Shown here piece by piece: positions 10,766 to 19,800 of a stretch of DNA of 64,000 bases (positions are counted from its first letter, which is position 1; each line of letters opens with the position of its first letter). The notes beneath the pieces were generated by a model. The model was not told where the DNA came from. It saw only the letters and a list, made by a program, of their open reading frames with translations, and searched no databases. A program made the translations under genes and the position numbers. This DNA comes from Thermodesulfobacteriota bacterium (GTDB lineage Bacteria > Desulfobacterota > Desulfovibrionia > Desulfovibrionales > Desulfovibrionaceae): positions 18,472-82,471 of the forward strand of contig JBFMHA010000007.1 of assembly GCA_040753075.1 (NCBI GenBank), given 5' to 3'.

Positions 10766-11725
10766 ATGTCCCTGCTCGAGATCCGCGGCCTGGCCACCCA
10801 CTTCTTCACCTCCGCCGGCGAGGCCCGGGCCGTGGACGGGGTGGACCTGGCCCTGGACCGGGGCGAGACCGTGGCCGTGGTGGGCGAGTCGGGCTGCGGC
10901 AAGACCATGCTGGCCCTGTCCGTGCTGCGCCTGGTGCCAGACCCGCCGGGCCGCATCGTGGCCGGGCAGGTGCGCTTCGACGGCGAGGACCTGCTGGCCC
11001 TGTCCGAGGACGGGATGCGGGCCGTCCGCGGCCGGCGCATCTCCATGATCTTCCAGGAGCCCATGACCGCCCTGAACCCGGTGTTCACCGTGGGCGAGCA
11101 GGTGGCGGAGATGCTCGTGCTGCACCGGGGCCTGGGCAAGGCGGAGGCCCTGGACGCGGCCGCGGATCTCCTGGGCCTGGTGCGCATCCCGGACGCCCGG
11201 CAGCGCCTGCGCAGCTACCCCCACGAACTGTCCGGGGGCATGCGCCAGCGCATCGTCATCGCCATGGCCCTGGCCTGCGATCCGGACCTGGTGCTGGCCG
11301 ACGAGCCCACCACCGCCCTGGACGTGACCATCCAGGCCCAGATCCTGGACCTGCTCATGGACCTCAAGGAGCGCAAGGGCGCCGCGGTGCTGCTCATCAC
11401 CCACGACCTGGGCATCGTGGCCCAGACCTGCTCCCGGGCCATGGTCATGTATGCGGGCCAGGCGGTGGAGGAGGCGGGCGTGGCCGGTCTCTTCGCCGAT
11501 CCCCTGCACCCCTACACCCGGGGGCTCCTGGGCTCCCTGCCCAAGCTGACCCGGCGCGGGTCGCGGCTGGCCCCCATCCCGGGCATCGTGCCCTCGCTCA
11601 CCGCCCTGCCGCCGGGCTGCTCGTTCCATCCCCGCTGCCCGCAGGCCTTCGGCCGCTGCCGGGCCGAGCGCCCGCCGCTCCTGGCCCGGGACGGCCGGCA
11701 GGTGCGCTGCTGGCTCTACGCCTGA
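10766..11725 (+). CDS. Oligopeptide/dipeptide-type ABC transporter ATP-binding protein (orphan)
   Basis: Walker A GESGCGKT, signature LSGGMRQR, Walker [13 protein letters not shown], and a C-terminal OppD/DppD-type extension (HPYTRGLL...CSFHPRCP). Start moved to ATG 10766 (MSLLEIRGL). Confidence 0.85.
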   Translation: MSLLEIRGLATHFFTSAGEARAVDGVDLALDRGETVAVVGESGCGKTMLALSVLRLVPDPPGRIVAGQVRFDGEDLLALSEDGMRAVRGRRISMIFQEPMTALNPVFTVGEQVAEMLVLHRGLGKAEALDAAADLLGLVRIPDARQRLRSYPHELSGGMRQRIVIAMALACDPDLVLADEPTTALDVTIQAQILDLLMDLKERKGAAVLLITHDLGIVAQTCSRAMVMYAGQAVEEAGVAGLFADPLHPYTRGLLGSLPKLTRRGSRLAPIPGIVPSLTALPPGCSFHPRCPQAFGRCRAERPPLLARDGRQVRCWLYA

Positions 11726-11734
11726 CCGGACCCT

Positions 11735-11771
11735 GGAAAAGATAAGGGCGCCCTCCGGCGGGAGGACGCCC
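11735..11771 (-). terminator. Candidate terminator of the MCP operon
   Basis: An 11-bp GC-rich stem pairs 11746-11756 with 11761-11771 (one mismatch) around a 4-nt loop. On the minus strand it is followed by TTATCTTTTCC. It sits 35 nt after the MCP stop. Confidence 0.5.
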
Positions 11772-11805
11772 CATCTGAAGCTGGCGGACCGCACGCGGCG
11801 GCCGG

Positions 11806-13773
11806 CTAGCCGTTTTCGTGCAGCATGCCCTCGATCATGGTCTTGAGCTCCGCGGCGGTGGCCGCCAGGGCCTCCACGGCCTGGGCCGAGGAGAGCATGC
11901 CGTCGCTGGTATCCCGGGCGATGCGCGTGACCTCGTCGATGGCCCGGTTGATCTGCTCGCTGGCCGCGGACTGCTCCTCGGCCGCGGAGGCGATGGACTC
12001 CACCTGCAGGCTGGAGTCCTCCACCAGGCGGAGGATGTCCTCCTGGGCGTGGCCCGAGGAGTTGGCCAGTTCGGTGGAGCGGACCACGGCCTGGGCCGCC
12101 TCCTCCACCCGGTCGATGCTCTGCCGGGTGGCCCGCTGTATGGACTGGATGGAGGTCTCCACCTCCTTGGTGGCGGCCATGGTCTTCTCGGCCAGCTTGC
12201 GCACCTCGTCGGCCACCACGGCGAAGCCGCGGCCGGCGTCGCCGGCCCGGGCCGCCTCGATGGCCGCGTTGAGCGCCAGCAGGTTGGTCTGGTCCGCGAT
12301 GTCGGTGATCACGTTCATGATCTGGCCGATGGCGTTGACCTGGCGTCCCAGGTCCTCCATGCCGGCGCGCATGATGTCGGTCTGGGCGTTGACCTGGGCG
12401 ATGGCCGCCACGGCCTGGCGCACCATGTCCGCCCCGCCCTTGGCCCTGTCCCGCGCGCCGCGGGCGTTTTCCGAGGCCCGCCCGGCGTTCTTGGCCACCT
12501 CCAGCACCGTGGCGTTCATCTGCTCCATGGCCGTGGCGGTCTCTCCCATGCGTTCGTTCTGCACCGCGGCCCCGCGCTTGACCTGGGTGATCAGGGCCGA
12601 GAGCTGCTCCGAGGACGAGGCCAGGTGCTCGGATATCTTTTCGGCCTTGCGGCCCGAGGCCACCATGCGCTCCCACATGCGCGTGGCCTTGGTCCCCTGC
12701 TCCTGGGCGTCGCGCATGGCCTTTTCGGCCCGGTCGGCGGCCTCCGTGGCCTGGCGCTCCTTGGCCTGGGTCTCGGCGATCTGGCGCTTGAGGCCCTCCA
12801 CCATGCGGGACATGTCCCGGGACAGCTCCCCGAACTCGGCCACGAACACGCCCTCGGGCCTGGCCTCCAGATCGCCCGAGGCCACGGTCCGGGAGAACCG
12901 CTGCAGGGCGGTCAGGGGCCGCAGCACCGAGGTGATGGTCAGGAAGGCCAACAGGGCGGTGAGCACGGCCGCGGCCAGTTCGATGCCCATGGCCACCATG
13001 TCGGTCCGGGCCGAGATGCGGGCGTATTCCGCGGCATAATGGTCGCGCAGCGAGGTGATGATGGGCTCCATCCGGCGGGCGTTCTGGATCAGCTCCCGGT
13101 TGAGTTCGGCGAGCTTGCCCTGGTGGCTCACGTAGGCGGCGAAGGCCTTGTCGTAGGCGTCCAGCGCCTTGCCGATGGCGGCCTTCCGGCTCTCGTCGGG
13201 CAGGTTGGCCAGGCCCTGGCGGAACTGGGCCAGGTGGTTGCGGTAGCGGTCCAGGTATTCCTGCTTGCCGCGCTCGATGTAGTTCTTCTCCTGGCGGCGC
13301 ATCTGGAGCAGGACGACGGTCATGCCCAGGTCCTTGATCTCCTTGAACTCCTGCTCCACCTCCCGGCCCGCCGCGATGAACTGCCAGCGCACCCCGTCCT
13401 TTTCGGACAGGCCCACCGTGGTTTCCGTGGCGGTCATCTGGCCGAACAGGGTTTCGTACTCCTTGACCTGTTTGAGCGCCTTGTCGCACTGGTCGGCCAT
13501 CTCGGGGTCGGTTTGACGAATGGCGGTGATTCTTTCGGTCGTCCGGGCCACGTGCTCCAGGGTCCTGCCGATGTACTCGGCCTCCCGGCGCATGATGAAG
13601 TTCTTCTCCTGGCGGCGGGCCTGGAGCGCCTCCACGAAGGCTTCCTCGGCCGTGGACTTGAGGGCCAGGGCCGCCTCGGTGTGGCGCTTGCCCACGAAGG
13701 AGGCGGCGAAGACCAGGGCGAAGCCGCCCACGGCGACGCAGAACAGGATGACGAGCTTCTGCTTCACGGACAT
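11806..13773 (-). CDS. Methyl-accepting chemotaxis protein
   Basis: 655 aa from ATG 13773. Layout is TM, periplasmic helical sensor, TM, HAMP, then the conserved signalling hairpin [38 protein letters not shown]. Confidence 0.9.
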   Translation of the reverse strand: MSVKQKLVILFCVAVGGFALVFAASFVGKRHTEAALALKSTAEEAFVEALQARRQEKNFIMRREAEYIGRTLEHVARTTERITAIRQTDPEMADQCDKALKQVKEYETLFGQMTATETTVGLSEKDGVRWQFIAAGREVEQEFKEIKDLGMTVVLLQMRRQEKNYIERGKQEYLDRYRNHLAQFRQGLANLPDESRKAAIGKALDAYDKAFAAYVSHQGKLAELNRELIQNARRMEPIITSLRDHYAAEYARISARTDMVAMGIELAAAVLTALLAFLTITSVLRPLTALQRFSRTVASGDLEARPEGVFVAEFGELSRDMSRMVEGLKRQIAETQAKERQATEAADRAEKAMRDAQEQGTKATRMWERMVASGRKAEKISEHLASSSEQLSALITQVKRGAAVQNERMGETATAMEQMNATVLEVAKNAGRASENARGARDRAKGGADMVRQAVAAIAQVNAQTDIMRAGMEDLGRQVNAIGQIMNVITDIADQTNLLALNAAIEAARAGDAGRGFAVVADEVRKLAEKTMAATKEVETSIQSIQRATRQSIDRVEEAAQAVVRSTELANSSGHAQEDILRLVEDSSLQVESIASAAEEQSAASEQINRAIDEVTRIARDTSDGMLSSAQAVEALAATAAELKTMIEGMLHENG

Positions 13774-15080
13774 TGCAGTTCTCCTTTTTTCCAACGGATG
13801 ACCCCGTTCCTGACCAGGTCGAACAGGGCGCCGCAGACGTCGGGGTCGTAGGCGACCCCGCATCCGGACCGGAATTCCTCCAGAGTGAACTTGAGTCCCA
13901 GGGCCGGCCGGTACGGCCGGTGCGAGGACATGGCCTCCAGGGTGTCGGCCACGGCCAGGATGCGCGCCTCGGGGAGTATCTCGTCTCCGGCCAGGCCGTG
14001 GGGGTAGCCGGAGCCGTTCATGCGTTCGTGATGCTGCAGGATGATCTCGCCCACCGGGCCCGGGAAGGGGATGTCGCGCACGATTTCCCCTCCGGATTCG
14101 GGGTGCTTCTTCATCATCCCCATTTCCTCGGCCGAGAGCCTCGCGGGCTTGGCCAGGATGGCCATGGGGATGCACACCTTGCCGATGTCGTGGAGCAGGG
14201 ACGCGTTGCGCAGGGCCTCCACCCGGTCCGGCTCCAGGCCCAGGCGGCCGGCCATGTGGCAGGCCAGGCGGGTGACCCGCTGCTGGTGGCCGGCGGTGTA
14301 CAGGTCGCGTTTCTCGTGGGTGGCGGACAGGGACTTGACCGTCTCGTGGAGCAGGCTCTGCAGCCGGTCGTGGCTCGTGCGCAGTTCGGCCTCGGTCTGC
14401 TTGCGGCTGGAGATGTCCCGGGCGATGACGGAAACCCCGAGCACGGCGTCGTAGCAGTCGAAGGGCGAGAAGGTGGCCGAGACCGGGAAGAGATGGCCGT
14501 CGCGGTGGCGGTGCACGGTTTCGTGCCGGGACAGGGCCAGGCCCTGGGAGGCGCGGCGCAGGACGGACCGGGAGGACTCGCGCAGGGCGGGCGGCACCAG
14601 GAGCATGAACTGCCGGCCCAGGATCTCCTCGACCGGGTAGCCGTAGATCTTTTCCGCCCCCTGGTTCCAGGTCATGATCTTGCCTTCCAGGGACACCGAG
14701 AAGATGGCGTCGTCCGAGGACTCCACGATGGAGGCCAGGCGGCCCAACTCCTCCAGGGTGCGGCGACGCTCGGTGATGTCGGTGAGGATGAGCACCACCC
14801 CGGAGTGGTCGCTGTCCGGAGCGGTCTTGGCCATGCGCACCTTGAAGAACTTGGGCGGTCCGGAGACTGGCCGGAAGGTCTTCTCGATGACCCGGCTGGT
14901 TTCTGTGCATGATCGGAACTGCTTGAGATCCTTGAAGAGCCAGCGGCAGAGGGTGCGGTCGAAGACCTTGGCGGGCAGGGCCGCCAGGCAGGCCTGGTTC
15001 ACGTCATCCACCTGGTCGCGTTCGTCCAGGAGCACGGCGGGCGTGGGGAGGTGCTTGAAGAGAGCGAGGTAGCGATCCAT
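13764..15080 (-). CDS. PAS-domain HD-GYP phosphodiesterase (c-di-GMP)
   Basis: 438 aa from ATG 15080 (MDRYLALF). PAS-like segments are followed by HD-GYP motifs HDIGK and [11 protein letters not shown]. The 3' end overlaps the MCP start by 10 nt. Confidence 0.85.
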   Translation of the reverse strand: MDRYLALFKHLPTPAVLLDERDQVDDVNQACLAALPAKVFDRTLCRWLFKDLKQFRSCTETSRVIEKTFRPVSGPPKFFKVRMAKTAPDSDHSGVVLILTDITERRRTLEELGRLASIVESSDDAIFSVSLEGKIMTWNQGAEKIYGYPVEEILGRQFMLLVPPALRESSRSVLRRASQGLALSRHETVHRHRDGHLFPVSATFSPFDCYDAVLGVSVIARDISSRKQTEAELRTSHDRLQSLLHETVKSLSATHEKRDLYTAGHQQRVTRLACHMAGRLGLEPDRVEALRNASLLHDIGKVCIPMAILAKPARLSAEEMGMMKKHPESGGEIVRDIPFPGPVGEIILQHHERMNGSGYPHGLAGDEILPEARILAVADTLEAMSSHRPYRPALGLKFTLEEFRSGCGVAYDPDVCGALFDLVRNGVIRWKKGELQCP

Positions 15081-15146
15081 GGGCCACTCCTCTCCGCCGG
15101 CAGGGCGCGGGCGTGGGGTTGCCGGGCAGGTTAGCTTGCATGAATA

Positions 15147-15161
15147 TTTGTTTAAAACAAA
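15147..15161. repeat. AT-only palindrome TTTGTTT-A-AAACAAA in the HD-GYP upstream region
   Basis: Perfect 7-bp inverted arms with a 1-nt centre, 67-81 nt upstream of the ATG at 15080. It lies in the only AT-rich patch of this intergenic region. Function unknown. Confidence 0.8.
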
Positions 15162-15212
15162 ACGCCTGAAAGAAGGGGAAACCGGAAGCCGGGTGTGCAT
15201 GGGGGCCTCGGC

Positions 15213-16058
15213 TCAGTCGGCCCGGCCCGGGGCGGATCGGCGCAGGATGGCGGTTTCGCTGTGCGGGCGGGCCACGTAGTAGTCCGGCCTGATCTCGACG
15301 CCGGGGTCCAGGGTAGCCCGGGTGGAGGTGGGGCCGATCTGACCGGGCCGGAACGAGACCACCACCTGGCCGTCCGGTGTCAGGAGGACCAGATCCTCGC
15401 CGGTTTGGAGGCCCTGCTTCTCGCCCAGGCCGAAGAGGATGTCCCAGCCCTCCTTGCGCTTGGCCAGCTTGTAGATGGGCGCGATGCCCCTGGAGATGAG
15501 CGCGTCCTCCTCCTCGCCCGTGGCCCGGAACACCAGGAAGCCGAACAAGCCGGCCAGGGGCAGGCAGGCCATCACCACCCACCAGGGCTCGAAGCCGAGA
15601 TGCCGGATGGCCAGGGAGGGGATGTCCGCCCGCAGGGCCTCCGGGGTGTCGAATACCCGCAGCGTGTAGCGCGGAGTCTTGTCCGTGGGGGGCTGGACCC
15701 GGGCGTAGATCACGAAATCCACCGCGCCCGCGGGCAGGGTGGCCGGGGCGCGCACCAAGGCGCGCCACAGGGTTCCGCGCAACTCCACGAACTCCAGTTG
15801 CACGTCGGGAGAGGAGGCGGTGTAGCGCAGGTAGGTGTTAAGCTCCCTGGAGTCCCCGGAGCGGGACACCTCGGAGTGGGCCTTGATCCCGTCCGCGTCC
15901 AGGGAGATGTCCAGGGTGCCGCTGGCTATGGTTTCGGAGCCGGCCGTCACCCGAAAGGTATGGAAAGGTTCGCGGATGCTCCAGGCCAGTCCGTCGGCCA
16001 CGGCCAGGAGGGTGAGCACGAACAGGATGACCGCGGCCTTTTGGAAGTGGGTTCTCAC
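15213..16058 (-). CDS. Hypothetical two-TM membrane protein
   Basis: 281 aa. N-terminal signal anchor, a ~150-aa external part, a second TM (WWVVMACLPLAGLFGFLVF) and a ~90-aa C-terminal tail. No family recognised. Confidence 0.6.
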   Translation of the reverse strand: MRTHFQKAAVILFVLTLLAVADGLAWSIREPFHTFRVTAGSETIASGTLDISLDADGIKAHSEVSRSGDSRELNTYLRYTASSPDVQLEFVELRGTLWRALVRAPATLPAGAVDFVIYARVQPPTDKTPRYTLRVFDTPEALRADIPSLAIRHLGFEPWWVVMACLPLAGLFGFLVFRATGEEEDALISRGIAPIYKLAKRKEGWDILFGLGEKQGLQTGEDLVLLTPDGQVVVSFRPGQIGPTSTRATLDPGVEIRPDYYVARPHSETAILRRSAPGRAD

Positions 16059-16493
16059 TGCGTTGTCCTTCTCCTCGGCTCCGGGATGGCGGGCAGGCCC
16101 GAAGGCTGGTTCAAGCCGGCGACCCGGTGCGATTGTTGCAAGTATTCAAAGCAATCGCCATGCCAGTGCGCGAAGTCGGCGAGAAAGCCTAAGGGTTTCC
16201 TCCGCGCTCAGGTCTGGAAGGGGGTTTATGGTTTGCGAGATTTTGTCCTGGGCGTTGTGCCAGTTTGCGCGACGCGTGAGGTTGACCAAATGATCCTGGT
16301 GTTGATCGGTACAGTAGGGTACTGGTGCGGCGTACAGAAAGGCGCGCGGCGCGATTGGCGGAGTCGGCTATCGTGCAATATGGTGGCGCGAACCCGTCCG
16401 CCCGCGGCCATGCCCACTGAATGGTTGTCCTGGTCCTGGGCGGTGCGGTAGGTTGCGCCCAGACCGCCGGCATCACCCGGCTCCGGAGGATGG

Positions 16494-19100
16494 ATGCGCG
16501 CGTTCCTGTCCTTGTTCCGCCGTCGTCGGCCCCAGGTCCCGGACGAGGACCACGCGGCCCTGTTCAAGGCCCGCTACGTCAGCTTCAAGGCCCTGCTCGA
16601 GTCCAATTCCGAGCTTCTGTCCATCATTGCCGACATGGAGCAGAAGCTCCGCGGCGACACGGTGTTCGGCATGGCCTACGTGGCTTCCCAGGCCTCACGC
16701 ACCGCTTTCCACCTCGGCCGCATGGTTGAGGCCTACGCCCGCCTCTCGGGCGACAAGAGCCCGGCCCTGGCCGGGATCGCCGGCCGCCTCTGCGCCGAGA
16801 TGGCCGCCCTCACCGCCCGCCGCGCCTGCGCCCGGGGCGGCGCGGCCGTGCTGCCCTACCGCAGCGTGGACAGGAACATGGTGGACAGCGTGGGCGGCAA
16901 GAGCGCCAACCTGGGCGAGATGGCCTCCCTCGGCCTGCCCGTGCCCGCGGGCTTCGCCATCACCACCGCGGCCTGCGAGGCGTTCCTGGCGTCCGGGGGC
17001 GTCATGGACGTAGTCAACCGCAGCCGCATGGGCCTGGATCCCTCCGACGCCGCGGCCGTGACCAGGGCCTCCGAGGCCATCCAGCGCGCCTTTCTCGACG
17101 CCCCCCTGCCCCAGGACCTGGAGCGGGAGATCCGCGCGGCCTACCGGGACCTCTGCGCCGCCCGCGGCGTTCCGGACATGCCCGTGGCCCTGCGCTCCAG
17201 CGCCATCGGCGAGGACGGCGAGCTCTCCTTCGCCGGCCAGTATCTCTCGGTCCTGGGCGTCACCTCCGAACGCCTCGCCGCGACCTACAAGATGGTCCTG
17301 GCCAGCCTCTTCACCCCGCGGGCCATGGCCTACCGCCTGCTCAAGGGAATCCCCTTCGAGGGGGTGTCCATGGGCGTGGCCTGCCTGGAGCTAGTGCCCT
17401 CCCGGACGGCCGGGGTCATGTACACCACCAGCCCCACCGATCCCCTGGACCGCAGGATACTCATCAACGCGGTCTTCGGCCTGGGCGTCTACGCCGTGGA
17501 CGGGACCGTGCCCCCGGACGCCTACCGCCTCTCCCGGGATCCCGGGGCCGGAGACGATCCCGCCGGGGATCTGCGGGTGGATGAATGGGTGGTGGCCTGC
17601 CAGGAGCGGATGCTCGCCTTCACTCCGGCCGGCCGGGTCCAGGACGCGCCCCTGGCCCCGGACCAGGGCTGCCTGCCCTGCCTCACCCCGGACCAGGCCC
17701 GCGAACTGGCCCGCATGGGCCTCGTCCTAGAGCGCCACTACGGGGTCCCCCAGGACGTGGAGTGGGCCCTGCACCCCGACGGCCGCCTCGTCCTGCTCCA
17801 GACCCGGCCCCTGCGCGTGGACGCCTCCCGCCGCGACCGGCCCCGCCCCCCCCGGGTCGCGGGCTACGCCATGCTCCTCTCCGGAGGCGACGTGGCCTGT
17901 CCCGGCGTGGCCGCCGGGCCGGCCTTCCACGTCAGGTCCGAAGCCGACCTCGCCGCGTTCCCCGACGGCGGGGTGCTGGTGGCCGAGCACTCCTCGCCCA
18001 AGTACGCCGTGCTCCTGGGCAAGGCCCGGGCCGTGCTCACCGACGCGGGCAGCGCCACCGGGCACATGGCCTCCCTGGTGCGCGAGTTCGACCTGCCCTC
18101 CATCTTCAACCTGCGCACCGCCACCCGCGACATTCCCGCCGGAACGGTCGTCACCGTGGACGCCCTCTCGGGCCGCATCTACGCCGGCGAAGTCCCGGAA
18201 CTGCTGGCCCTGGCCGGCAGGCGCGAGGGGTTCATGAAAGGGGCTCCGGTCTTCGCCGTGCTGGAGAAGCTTGCGGCGATCGTCGTCCCCCTGTTCCTCA
18301 CCGACCCCGCCGCGCCGGAGTTCCGCGGCCGCAACGCCAGGACCGTGCACGACATCATGCGCTTCATCCACGAGCGCTCCTACGGCGAGATGTTCCAAAT
18401 CTCCGACCTGGCCGCGGACCAGGGCGGCCTGGCCCTCAAGCTCGCCGCGTCCATTCCCCTGGACCTCTACATCATCGACCTGGGCGACGGCGTGGCCCGG
18501 CCCCACGGTCGCCGCGTCCGGCCCGACGAGATCGCCTCAGCGCCCTTCAAGGCTCTGCTCGCCGGCATGCTCCACCCCGACGTCAACCGCCGCGAGCCCA
18601 AGCCCATCAACCTGGGCGGCTTCTTCTCGGTCATGGGCGAGCAGCTCCTGGGCCCCCCTCCGGGCCAGGGCCAGCGCTTCGGGGACAAGAGCTACGCCCT
18701 CATCTCCGACCGCTACCTGAACTTCAGCTCCCGGGTGGGCTACCACTACTCGGTGCTCGACGCCTACTGCGGCCCCCTGGCCAACGAGAACTACATCAGC
18801 TTCTCCTTCAAGGGCGGGGCCGCGGACGAGACCCGCCGCAACCGCCGGGTGCGCGCCATCTCCGAGATCCTCCGCGCCCTGGACTTCGCCGTGGAGGTGG
18901 TGGCCGACCGGGTCACCGCCTCCTACCGCAAGGACGAGCCGGCCGAGGTCGCCGCCCGCCTGGACCAACTCGGCCGGCTTCTCCAGTACACCCGGCAGAT
19001 GGACATGCTCATGCAGTCCGAGGCCAGCGTGCAGCACCTGGCCCGCTGCTTCCTCAACGGCAACTACTGCCACGACCCCGACCACCCGGAACAGGGGTAG
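16494..19100 (+). CDS. PpsA-like phosphotransferase, paralog A (ATP-grasp PPDK_N-type domain, swivel-His domain, unknown C-terminal domain)
   Basis: 868 aa. Motifs VGGKSANLGEM, SSAIGEDGELSFAGQY and PQDVEWALHPDGRLVLLQTRPL. Mobile-domain His in TDAGSATGHMASLVREFDLPSIF. The last ~300 aa lack the PEP/pyruvate TIM-barrel motifs I know. Confidence 0.85.
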   Translation: MRAFLSLFRRRRPQVPDEDHAALFKARYVSFKALLESNSELLSIIADMEQKLRGDTVFGMAYVASQASRTAFHLGRMVEAYARLSGDKSPALAGIAGRLCAEMAALTARRACARGGAAVLPYRSVDRNMVDSVGGKSANLGEMASLGLPVPAGFAITTAACEAFLASGGVMDVVNRSRMGLDPSDAAAVTRASEAIQRAFLDAPLPQDLEREIRAAYRDLCAARGVPDMPVALRSSAIGEDGELSFAGQYLSVLGVTSERLAATYKMVLASLFTPRAMAYRLLKGIPFEGVSMGVACLELVPSRTAGVMYTTSPTDPLDRRILINAVFGLGVYAVDGTVPPDAYRLSRDPGAGDDPAGDLRVDEWVVACQERMLAFTPAGRVQDAPLAPDQGCLPCLTPDQARELARMGLVLERHYGVPQDVEWALHPDGRLVLLQTRPLRVDASRRDRPRPPRVAGYAMLLSGGDVACPGVAAGPAFHVRSEADLAAFPDGGVLVAEHSSPKYAVLLGKARAVLTDAGSATGHMASLVREFDLPSIFNLRTATRDIPAGTVVTVDALSGRIYAGEVPELLALAGRREGFMKGAPVFAVLEKLAAIVVPLFLTDPAAPEFRGRNARTVHDIMRFIHERSYGEMFQISDLAADQGGLALKLAASIPLDLYIIDLGDGVARPHGRRVRPDEIASAPFKALLAGMLHPDVNRREPKPINLGGFFSVMGEQLLGPPPGQGQRFGDKSYALISDRYLNFSSRVGYHYSVLDAYCGPLANENYISFSFKGGAADETRRNRRVRAISEILRALDFAVEVVADRVTASYRKDEPAEVAARLDQLGRLLQYTRQMDMLMQSEASVQHLARCFLNGNYCHDPDHPEQG

Positions 19101-19299
19101 CCGGGGGCCGTCCGAACTCCTGAAGGGAGGCGTGAGCCCGGCCCTCCGCCCCGGCGGATCGGGATGGGGAGCGATGTGGGGCGAAAGGAGGGGGATCGCC
19201 CCGGAGAAGGATGAAAACCCTCGCCGGGCGACGCGAAACGTGGTTTTCCGTCCCCTGCCGGCTCTTGCCTCCTCCCCAGGCCCGTGCGAAAGTGCAAGG

Positions 19300-19755
19300 A
19301 TGGAACCTGTAGCTCTCGTCCAGGTGTTGTCGGCGTCCATCGCCCCGTGCGTGCTCATTTCGGCCTTCGGGCTGCTCCTGCTGTCCCTGACCAACCGGCT
19401 GGGCCGGTCGGTGGACCGCATCCGGCGCCTGTGCCGGGAGGCTCCGGGGGCGCAGCCCGGGGAGCGGGGCGAGATCGAGCGGCAGGTGCGGGTGCTGTAC
19501 CGCCGCTGTCGGCTCATGCGCTCCTCGGTAGGGCTGTGCCTGCTGGGGGTCTTCGGCATCGGGATGCTCGTGCTCCTGCTCTTTGCCGAGGCCGTGGCCG
19601 GGGTGCGGCTGGTGTTCGTGCCCGAGGCCCTGTTCATCGCCAGCATGGTCTTCCTGCTCGGCTCCCTGGTGTTCTTTTTCCTGGAGGTCCGCCTGACCCT
19701 GGAGGCCCTGCGGGCCGAGGTGAGGCACCGCATCGGCCAGGACCCGGGAGAATAG
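19300..19755 (+). CDS. DUF2721-type membrane protein
   Basis: 151 aa from ATG 19300 (MEPVALVQVLSASIAPCVLISAFGLLLLSLTNRLGRSVDRIRRL), with three hydrophobic helices in the pattern typical of DUF2721. Confidence 0.7.
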   Translation: MEPVALVQVLSASIAPCVLISAFGLLLLSLTNRLGRSVDRIRRLCREAPGAQPGERGEIERQVRVLYRRCRLMRSSVGLCLLGVFGIGMLVLLLFAEAVAGVRLVFVPEALFIASMVFLLGSLVFFFLEVRLTLEALRAEVRHRIGQDPGE

Positions 19756-19800
19756 CCGGAGGTCCTTGACCGGGGCCGCCCGAGGTGGCAGGACGGTACG

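Noticed and set aside
10736-13851. 917-aa minus-strand, 677-aa plus-strand and 404-aa plus-strand ORFs overlapping the ABC ATPase and MCP genes. Similar long shadows lie at 19054-21573, 23134-25362, 25025-27205, 29187-31571, 31298-33313, 36498-38327 and 55079-56989.
   Set aside because: All have G/R/P/H/Q- or S/A/R-rich composition and lie antisense or out of frame to genes with clear family motifs.
15124-15140. Sigma-54-like GGGCAG-N6-TTGCA upstream of the HD-GYP gene.
   Set aside because: The spacing is one nt too long for the strict -24/-12 geometry. It is also on the plus strand, pointing away from any plus-strand gene.
16059-16493. The 435-nt divergent intergenic region was examined for an sRNA, riboswitch or defined promoter. 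It contains a 7-bp inverted repeat GCGATTG-N16-CAATCGC (16129-16158) and a TTGACC -35-like hexamer.
   Set aside because: No terminator-bounded unit or recognisable RNA family was found, and the promoter hexamers are weak. This is noted as an unusually long control region only.
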